Assembly (NCBI GenBank): GCA_964019335.1
Contig: OZ025736.1
Location: 344,492 to 408,491 of the forward strand
Direction of reading: 5' to 3'
Length of the DNA stretch: 64,000 bases
Source of the DNA: Diplonema japonicum
Taxonomy: Eukaryota; Protista; Euglenozoa: Diplonemea
Shown: positions 56,039 through 64,000 of the stretch, piece after piece
Layout of the letters: the number at the start of each line of letters is the position of its first letter
Position numbering within the stretch: the stretch's first letter is position 1
The notes under the pieces: model-generated
Database searches by the model: none
Told to the model about the DNA's origin: nothing
Seen by the model: the letters and a program-made list of their open reading frames with translations, nothing else
Made by a program: the position numbers and the translations under genes

Positions 56039-58674
56039 CTAACACCACAAGTGCGACGCCTTGTCTTCAGCTCTTCGGGGGGTTTTCGCCCACCCCAGAG
56101 CCTCATGCCTGGAAAAGGATCGCTGCGAGTGCGCTGCGGTTAGCAACTGCCGGTCCTGTACTTTTTTTTTCTTTTTTTTCTTTTTCTCCTCCCCCTTGTA
56201 TACCTCAGAAATATCACGTGACCCCGCAGGGCCATCAACTTGCACTGGGAGCGCCGCCATCTAGTTTAAAATATTTTCATTAAATCATCTCATCATACCG
56301 ATGACGGCTCTCTGTAATTAGTGTGGGAAGAGGAGGTGCTTCTCGGGGGGGACCGGGGATGTCCGATCGGAGTAAGCGGACGAGGCGGCGTGGCAGCTTG
56401 TGACGGACACGACAAGTTGGGAGCAGGGGCGGGGGCATCCATCCCAGCCCTATGCCTCGGAGGCGTCTGATGGCCGTACGACTGGATTAACGGTTCCTGT
56501 GCCTGCGACATCTGATGTTGCTGTTGTTCCCTCTGTGGCTCAGCCGGCTGTACTGCTTCATACGCGGCCCTGTTGTCCTCCATGCTGCTGCTGCTGTCGC
56601 TGCTAGCATCTTCTCTGCCTTGCGATGCTGCAGGCGTGTGGTCCACCGCTCGCACCAGAGTCGAGACCGGTGTGGCGGACCTCATGACATCTGCCCTTTC
56701 AGCAGGCGCCAACGGTGCAACCGGTCGCGACAACGACGCTGACACAGGTGAGAGCGGTGCCGCTGGCTGCAACGCCATCATCGGTGCTGCTGGCTGCGAG
56801 GTCATCATCGGCGTTTGTTGTGATGTTACCATCGGTGTAGGCGCGATGCTTGGAGTGGGCATGGCCGCAGGCACAAGGCTAGGCGACCGAGGAGGAGACG
56901 GGGGTGTGGGGAGAGCACGGGAACGGAACTCGCTCTTGGTGTGCACATGCGGGGACGAGGTTCTTGTCCTGCTTGCTAGCCTGTTTCTGGCCGGTTCTCC
57001 GAGATGCTCGGCAGGTACGCTTGTGAGAGAACCCCCATGGTAGCCAGGTACGCTGTACCCGCCCTCCCTGACTGGGGTAGGGTTGTAAACAGTGCTCATA
57101 TTGGCGGGAAGGATGCCCGGCATACCCCCAGGGCCTTGTGCAGGGGGTCCTTGTGCGCCTTGTCCCATGACGTAAACCACTACGGTCCTTGCGTCGCCCT
57201 GCCCGTCGGTGCCGCCGACCTGTATGACGTTCCCGTTGGGTTCCGAGCCGATGCTGACACCGTGCACAACGGTGGTCCCGCTGGCAGGGACGATGTGCGT
57301 GGTGCGCTGGACGCTGCTGGGGGCGTCGGAGTGCCTCGCAGGAGATGCTGTTAGTTCATATGCCCTGGCTTCACTTCTTGCCTCAGTTTGCGGAGTCTCC
57401 GTCCTGCCCATCACTCTATCCCCTTTCTCGGGCGAGGGCGACGCAACTCTGCGAGATGGTGACAGCTGCGCTGCCATGCTGTGTTCAGGGGGCTGGGGCT
57501 TCACGGTGGTGGAAGACCACCCGGTTTCTATGTCTAACTTAAAAACAGACTTTTCGGAGAAGAGAGGTACGTAGGCGCAGCCTTTGTGCCAGACCATCGG
57601 CTGGCCTGAGTGGGGAGGGGGTTGGAGCGTGCTGCGCTTGGCGATTTGCTTCCAGCGGCCTTTTTTGAGGTTGAAAATCCAGGAGTCGGAGTAGCGGGTG
57701 GGCGGGTTCCCCACCTCACCCCCGCAGATGACCATGCTGCGGTCGCCGTCCATGGCGGCAGCGCAGTGCATGATCCGCCGCTTAGGGGCGGCGTACGAGG
57801 AGAAGGTTTTGGAAGAGGAAGCCAGACTGCTACTGCGGGATGGGTTGGGGATACGCTCGATGCGATTCTCGGGGAACCAACCTTCCTCACCACCGTCAAC
57901 ACGTCCCTTGACCCAACCAGGGTTCGACCTCGGCCCTGTGGACTCGGGGGCCATCATGATCAAATCATTCTTGGCCAGCTGGATCTGCAAAGGCTCGTAC
58001 GGTTCAAAGTCGTACACCGCCCTTGCCATGGCGACAGGCTGCGACGACGACATCGAAAAAGACCGCCACTCCTGGTGCTTGAAGCTGAACACCCAGATCT
58101 GATCAGACTCTGTGTCCTCGCCTATAGTAATCCCACCGTACACCAGTAGATTCTTACTACAAGCCACCATGGAGTGCCCCCACAGCGGACCGGGGGATGG
58201 TGCAATATCGACACGTGACCATATCAGAGAATGCAGGTTGAGGACATACATCGATGACTCTTGGGTGGTGTCCTCGCGGGCGGGTGTTACAAAGCCTCCA
58301 GACATGTAGATGCTGTTGTTGTAGATAGCCGATGCGTGGTTGCATCTGGAGGCGGGGAGGTCGCCTGTTGTGGTTGATGCGGCCCATTCTCCGGTCGCCA
58401 GGTTTAAGGCAGGGAGGATTACCTCGTCAGCTCCGCCTTCTTGAGTCAGCCCATGGACGATGTACATAACGTCATCGAACTCGTGTGCTGTGTGGAAGCA
58501 CCTCGGGCTCGGGACCACCCCTCGGGCCATCATCTTGTTCAGTTCCCCCTTCCCTTCGGCTTCCATGTACCACACGTCTGTCAGCATTTTCTTGTCTTTA
58601 TCCCGACCGCCATATATTATTATCTTCCCGTCGTAGACGACTGCCGAGTGGCCCTGCACGGGTAGCGTCTCCAT
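56039..58674 (-). CDS. Kelch-repeat protein with inserted SH3 and Pro-rich tail; exons 58674-56299, 56260-56204, then 56155-56039 (alternative acceptor at 56161)
   Basis: Kelch blades (GHSAV..IIIYGG, PRCFHTA, SRCNHAS..YMSGG, WGHSM..VYGG); SH3 ARAVYDF...GWVKG...GWFPEN. The 3' exons are less certain. Confidence 0.75.
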
Positions 58675-59123
58675 GATCGTTTTGATTGTGTTATTTTTTT
58701 GGGTCCACCGCCACCCTGTCCTGTTTTGTTTTTCCTTTGAGGGGCAGTTGAATACACTTAATGAGATTGAAGAAGAAAAAAAAAAACTAGTTTGGCGCTC
58801 CTTTTGTTTGTGCGCACGAGCGGAATTTTACCTAATAAAATAGCTCATTACGCTGCCATCAACTAGTTTTTAGTCTCGACAATAATATTGTTAAAACAAA
58901 AAAAAGCTGTACAAAAAGGAAAGAAAATATGGAAAATCACAATTTACTGATTCCCCGTGTACAAAAAAGAAAAAAGAAAAAAAAAAATACATTTTTAATT
59001 TTAAAAAAAGGGATCTCCTCTCCCCCCATTTTTTTTTTTTTTTTTTTTTCAACGCTTCTCTGCAACTGCGTACGCGGCGGCGATTGGGGACTGTTTTTTT
59101 TCTTTCCCCCCTTCCCTTTCCCC

Positions 59124-61721
59124 TCATTGTGCACATACATGCCGGTAGATATGCTCCCCTAGCGCATCCGTCACCCTTTTCATGTTCACCTCACGCGACT
59201 GTTGGTGCTGGAGCTGCTGAGAGAGCAACTTCTGAGCAAGCGGCGAACCTGGTGAGCGAGAAGAGGGCAGCTCCGAGACGGGAAGAGTGGGAGACTGCGA
59301 CACAGAAGAGAGACAGGACCTTGCAGCGGCCGAAGGGTCGTGCTTATTAAGCATCGTATCAAGGTCTCCACGGGTGGCTGAGATTTCATACTGCAGGGCA
59401 CGCAGGGTTGTGTGGTGCTCTCCCTCAGTGACAACACTGGGCGCCCTTCTCGGAGACCTGGATTGGGAGTACTGCCTACGGATAGTGTTGTACTGTCTAA
59501 GCACGTCTATCTCGTTATGAGTAGTCTCCATTTGGATTTTCAAGGGCGAAACACTCTTCGCAGGTGACTTAGCAACCCCTGCCCAGTAATCGACATTGGG
59601 TGTCGAACCAGGTGGGATAGGGGTAAACCTTCCAACACAAGAAGTCGACATAGGCGAGACTTGTCCTTCATCGTCCCATCCCTCGTCGCGTATCTCCAGG
59701 TCGTCTGTTGACGCTATTGAGGTCTGTGGGGTTAGTGGTGCGATTTTTAAATCAGGTTGCTGTGTGATGTCGGACAGGGCTGACGGTGTTTCCGGTCTTG
59801 GCAGACCCTTCAGCTCCATTCTCAAGAAATCGTTGTCGGCGCGGAGCCCGGAGATCTCCAAGCGAAGGGTTTCCACCTCGCACTCCAGGGTTTTCGAGGG
59901 TTTTTTGGCTGTTTTTTCAGCGGTGAGCTCCCTTCGTAGCTGTTCTAAAGTGGTGTTCAGAATGCTTTTCTCGTCTTGCAGGTTTGAGATGTCATGGCGC
60001 AGCACGTCCACGTCGTTCAGCTGATGTTTGAGGTGCGCGACCCTTTCATTGTGGAGCTGCTCGATGTGCATTAGATCGGTTCGGAGAACCTCGTTGTCGC
60101 CTCGCAACGATGTGTTTGTTGCGGCTTCTGTCTCGACGTACACGCGGAGAGCTGTCAGCTGAGCTGTCAGCCCACGGATTGTTCGCATCGCTGCAGGATC
60201 GGCGACGACGCCAGATTCTTTGTCTTGTTCTACTGGTGTGTATGCTTCCTCGTCCAGCGTGGCCACCATCTTCCTTCGTTCCTCCATGAGCCTGTCTAGT
60301 TCGGTTTGCAGATGGGATGCTTTTTCTGTTCCTTCGGATTTGGTGAGGTTTTTGTTGAGTTGTACAACGCGTTCGTACTCGCCCCGCATGCCCTCGGCCT
60401 GCCGCTTGCCGTCTTCAATGCGGACCATCAGTTCTGTGATCTGCGCGTCGTAGTCCTTGTGCGCGCCCATGTGTTTCCCCCGTAGAGATTCGTATTTGTG
60501 TCGCAGCGTTTTGTTTTGTTCGGTTGCCGCTGCTAGCTCGCGTTGCATGGCTGATTTGTTTTGCAGGAGTCTGTGCCTGTCCGCACGGAGGTCTTCCACA
60601 TCCTTCGCCAACGATGTCAGCTTCCGTATGCTCAGTTCTTCTTCCGAGGAACGGTCCCCCAGAGCGGTCTTGTGCCCTTCGATCTCGTCCTCGTACGTTG
60701 CGATGCGCGCGTTGAGCTTCGCAACGTCTTTTTTAAGCGCGAGGTTTTCCTGTTTGAGGATTTCTTGAAGCTTCGTGTTGTCCTTTTTGGAGGCGTCGGC
60801 GAGCTGTTGCTTGAGGTCGGTGATCTGCCGTTCCTGACGTGCGGCGAGGGCTTCCTTTTCGTTTGCGAGCTGTTTGGCACGGTTCACCTCTGTTCGAAGC
60901 TTGCTAGCGTCTTCGGCTAACTTATTTAGTTCTTCTGCGTCATATTCCACACGGACTTCACGCTCTTCTTCCATGTTTCGGATGTCGGCTTGAAGCTGCT
61001 GTAGTTGTATGCTCAGACCCCCCGCCACGCTGTCCTGCACGGTTGTGCTCGATCGAAGGCTGCTGAGCTCCTTGATGAGGTCCATGTTGCATTGGTTTGC
61101 CACGCTAGATAGTACGCCCGCCTTCGCCTCGATCGACTCTTGCGCGGTTTCAAAGAAGTTCTCAGCAGCCATCATGAACTTGTTGCGCAGCTCCTGCATC
61201 CCGTAGACCTCCTTTTCGTAAGCCTTGGACTTTGCCTTTGCAAACTTCCGTTTCGTGTGCTGCAGGTCTTCTAGTATCTTCTGGCCAAGCCCGACTGAAT
61301 ATAATACGTCCTGTTCACGGGATCGGAGCTTTTCTTTAAGACTGTCGATGGTAGTTCCGGAGGGAGATGGAGTGTTGTTGTTGCGTGCCTTGAGCTCTTC
61401 TAGTCGTGTCTGGTAGTCTTCCTTCGAACCGCGGTGTTTGGAAACAACGGTGGCAGGGGGTTGCTGCCGTGTGTTTGACGCAACGGGTGGAGGGAGCGGA
61501 GCGGTTTGGGAAGATGTCCAGTCGAGTACCTTACCCTCCTCACCCTTCACGGTGGTCACTGTTCTTATGTCGACCTCACGACGGCCGCCCGTTCCTTTTG
61601 GTGTGAATGTGGAATCCTCCACCACCTCCATGTAACCATCTCCTGCTGACTTACGAATCTGGATGTTCGGCGTACTAGGTGTGTCATCCCAATCCGACTC
61701 CGGATCATGGTGATGCGACAT
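59124..61721 (-). CDS. Long coiled-coil protein (865 aa)
   Basis: Heptad-rich central region with S/P/T-rich termini. Confidence 0.8.
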   Translation of the reverse strand: MSHHHDPESDWDDTPSTPNIQIRKSAGDGYMEVVEDSTFTPKGTGGRREVDIRTVTTVKGEEGKVLDWTSSQTAPLPPPVASNTRQQPPATVVSKHRGSKEDYQTRLEELKARNNNTPSPSGTTIDSLKEKLRSREQDVLYSVGLGQKILEDLQHTKRKFAKAKSKAYEKEVYGMQELRNKFMMAAENFFETAQESIEAKAGVLSSVANQCNMDLIKELSSLRSSTTVQDSVAGGLSIQLQQLQADIRNMEEEREVRVEYDAEELNKLAEDASKLRTEVNRAKQLANEKEALAARQERQITDLKQQLADASKKDNTKLQEILKQENLALKKDVAKLNARIATYEDEIEGHKTALGDRSSEEELSIRKLTSLAKDVEDLRADRHRLLQNKSAMQRELAAATEQNKTLRHKYESLRGKHMGAHKDYDAQITELMVRIEDGKRQAEGMRGEYERVVQLNKNLTKSEGTEKASHLQTELDRLMEERRKMVATLDEEAYTPVEQDKESGVVADPAAMRTIRGLTAQLTALRVYVETEAATNTSLRGDNEVLRTDLMHIEQLHNERVAHLKHQLNDVDVLRHDISNLQDEKSILNTTLEQLRRELTAEKTAKKPSKTLECEVETLRLEISGLRADNDFLRMELKGLPRPETPSALSDITQQPDLKIAPLTPQTSIASTDDLEIRDEGWDDEGQVSPMSTSCVGRFTPIPPGSTPNVDYWAGVAKSPAKSVSPLKIQMETTHNEIDVLRQYNTIRRQYSQSRSPRRAPSVVTEGEHHTTLRALQYEISATRGDLDTMLNKHDPSAAARSCLSSVSQSPTLPVSELPSSRSPGSPLAQKLLSQQLQHQQSREVNMKRVTDALGEHIYRHVCAQ

Positions 61722-61786
61722 CTCCAGTGCCGCCTGTTGTGATCTTTTTTCTTTTTCTTTTTTTTTTTCTCTTAGTTTTTTTATAC

Positions 61787-61817
<31 letters not shown>

Positions 61818-61818
61818 G

Positions 61819-62643
61819 TCAATCTATGTTTATGAACCTGACGAGAACGCTTCCGCATCCATGTGCGGCTTCTATTACATTGTCGACAGTGAAGACGCTT
61901 CGTCCGGCTGCGTGTGTGAGGGTTTGTCCTATGTACTTTGACAAGCCGTGAAGATCGGAAGGAGACTCCGGATGGACCGAGACAAGCTTCATCGTTTCAT
62001 CGTCCAGATGCATGCCTAGCGGTTCGTTGGGATCACGGCGGATAACAACGACGGGTGAGGGGACACCATTGGGCGTCGTTGTTGGGGTGTTGAGCTGTTC
62101 TCTGATAAAGGATGAAGAGATGGGCCCTGAAGGGGTGGGTGGCTTAATGGTTTCGATTAACCATTTTAAAAGCTCGGTTTTGGCTGGGTGGTTTTTCACC
62201 CAGAGGGTGAACTCCTTCATGGTGACCTCCGTCTTACCGTAAACTAATGCTGAGATAATAATATGCCCTTCTGTGGTTTTGTAGAATACGTCCTTCAGGA
62301 CTTTGCAGCACACTGGGGTGGAACCGGTTACTGATAAGAAGAGTTTGGCTATTTTATCGCTCTCGGCATCGTCAGCCACCTTGTCTTCCCACACTGGGTC
62401 CTTGTTCAAACCCTCTAGAGATGCCTCGATGGGTGCAATGGGAACGCTGACTGTGTTTTTACATCCTGCACAGGACACTCCGAGGCCTATTCTGGTTTTG
62501 AGTACAGCACCACAGCCGTCGCATTTTACCCATTTCTCTCCCGGGGCGTCTGGCTTTATGTCGCACCCACATTTTAAACAGGCCTTATCCGCCTCACTAT
62601 TCCACTCGCTGCATGACGGACACAGCCAAAATTTTGCATCCAT
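61819..62643 (-). CDS. RanBP2-type zinc finger + zinc ribbon + PDZ-like domain protein (274 aa)
   Basis: W.C..C...N......C..C; CDGC...CAGC; C-terminal IRRDPNEPLGM...VSVHPESPS PDZ-like pattern. Confidence 0.65.
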   Translation of the reverse strand: MDAKFWLCPSCSEWNSEADKACLKCGCDIKPDAPGEKWVKCDGCGAVLKTRIGLGVSCAGCKNTVSVPIAPIEASLEGLNKDPVWEDKVADDAESDKIAKLFLSVTGSTPVCCKVLKDVFYKTTEGHIIISALVYGKTEVTMKEFTLWVKNHPAKTELLKWLIETIKPPTPSGPISSSFIREQLNTPTTTPNGVPSPVVVIRRDPNEPLGMHLDDETMKLVSVHPESPSDLHGLSKYIGQTLTHAAGRSVFTVDNVIEAAHGCGSVLVRFINID

Positions 62644-63155
62644 CCTTTTTTTTTTTTTTTTTTTTCGAAAAAAAAAAAATGAAAAAAAAAAGAACTTAAG
62701 AGAACGAGGGGCTGGGGGAAATAAAAAAAAAAAGAGAGGGCGAGAAAAAGAAAAGATTTTCATGGGAGGGGAGGGGGGATATCTATACTCTTTTTTATTT
62801 TTTCAAATGGGGGGGGAAAGCCTCCCTTTTTTTTCCTCCCCTCCCTCCGTTTTGTGAAAAAAAATGGAAGAAAAAAAAAACAGGGTAGTTTATTATATGT
62901 ATTTTTCTCCCCCCCCCCGCTTTCCCTTTTTTAGTAAAGAAAAAAAAATGTCACATTTTTGTTATGTTTTTTGTTCAAAAAGAAAAGGGAGAAAAAAAAA
63001 ATAACGGGCATTTTCTTTTCTTCTGGCGCCGCTTTGTTTTTTTTTTTCTTTTTTTTCCCCGAGGGGACAGGACAACTAACAAGTGTATCTATTAAAAAAA
63101 AAAAAGAAAAAAAAGGGGGGTGGAAAAAAAAACACTTACTTTTTCTCATTATATC

Positions 63156-63353
63156 CTAGCGTGTTGGCTGTGCTGAGGGGGTGTCCCCTTCTTCAATTCC
63201 TGCCTGCTGCATGAGATCACCAATACTCTTTTCCAGATCATCAATTCTTCCACCCATTTCATCAATTCTGTTGACTATGGCATCTGCCATCTCTTGGAAT
63301 CTCCCCTGCATCTGCTGAAGCAAGTTCTGAACGAAAACAGTCAATTCCTATGT

Positions 63354-63390
<37 letters not shown>

Positions 63391-63449
63391 CCTTCCCTTA
63401 CCTGCGTCCCCTGCGGTGCCGCCCCAGAAGGTGCTGCTTTACCACTCAT
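63156..63449 (-). CDS. HSBP1: Heat shock factor-binding protein 1; intron 63401-63348
   Basis: ELTVFVQNLLQQMQGRFQEMADAIVNRIDEMGGRIDDLEKSIGDLMQQAG. Confidence 0.92.
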
Positions 63450-64000
63450 TTTCTTTTGTCCCCCCTTTTTTTTGTTTTCCTTTTACTTTTACTTTTTAAC
63501 ACCCCTTAAAGCAAATGCGAGAAAAAGAAAAGAAGGATAAGGAGAAAAAAAATAATAATAAAAAGGAAAAAAACTATGTAGGCGTTGGTGGTTTTTATTC
63601 TTTTTTTTTCATCTCTCTCTCTCTTCTTCTCTCCCTTTTCCATTCGCTTTCTGCACTTTTTTTTCTTTTCTTTTTTTTCTTGTCCCCCCCGTTCCCTCCA
63701 ATTCTTTCTATTTTTAATCTCGAATTCTGTGCTAAGAACATAGAAAAAAAAGAAAAAAAAAACTTTGGGAAAAACAACGTTTTCAGTACAACTTTACACC
63801 GTTTTCCAGTAATTCCCTAAGTTCCACATATCCCCACTGATTTACTTACACTTTTGGGTTTAAAAAAAAAAAAAAGACAAAACAAGGGGAACGAGAGAGA
63901 GGTAATCACCACCAACTCAACCCATCCCTCGCCACCCAGGAACATAAGGCGCGGGTTCCGAATCTTTCTCTAAGACCGCTTTTTACAATTAGGAACACGG

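Noticed and set aside
58782-58871. Short inverted repeat AAAAACTAGTT...AACTAGTTTTT
   Set aside because: Too short and built on a palindromic hexamer; cannot be called a MITE without more copies.
9946-63449. Non-GT-AG introns, recoding or an alternative genetic code
   Set aside because: All frame breaks in host genes are resolved by GT-AG introns under the standard code.

Overview
Eukaryotic nuclear DNA, most likely a euglenozoan and probably a diplonemid-like lineage. This is inferred from a BILBO1 homologue, GTRY splice donors, frequent short cis-introns and one long directional gene cluster. About 21 protein-coding genes all lie on the minus strand: DysF-FYVE-C2 membrane protein, AGC pseudokinase, WDR20-like, Dispatched/Patched-like EGF protein, CaMKK-like, NOP58, soluble adenylyl cyclase (ADCY10)-like, CCCH protein, HAD-SAK, SLX1, PGP-type HAD, ankyrin, SLC35A transporter, BILBO1-like, ABCB7/ATM1, EGF type-I membrane protein, Kelch-SH3, two coiled-coil proteins, ZnF-PDZ-like and HSBP1. 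The spacers are dominated by homopolymers. I reconstructed 21 GT-AG introns by hand: 20 are 38-72 nt and one is expanded to 1830 nt by a transposon. About 13 have a poly(A) tract instead of a polypyrimidine tract before the acceptor, and one is almost pure purine. Acceptor choice fits a 'first AG beyond ~36 nt' ruler rule, which is the most striking signal in the window. Mobile DNA includes a piggyBac relic inside a kinase intron, a MULE relic, a TIR element carrying tRNA-like Pol III cassettes, a probable 5'-truncated LINE fragment, MITEs and several dispersed structured repeat families. Everything was read by eye; no database searches were run.
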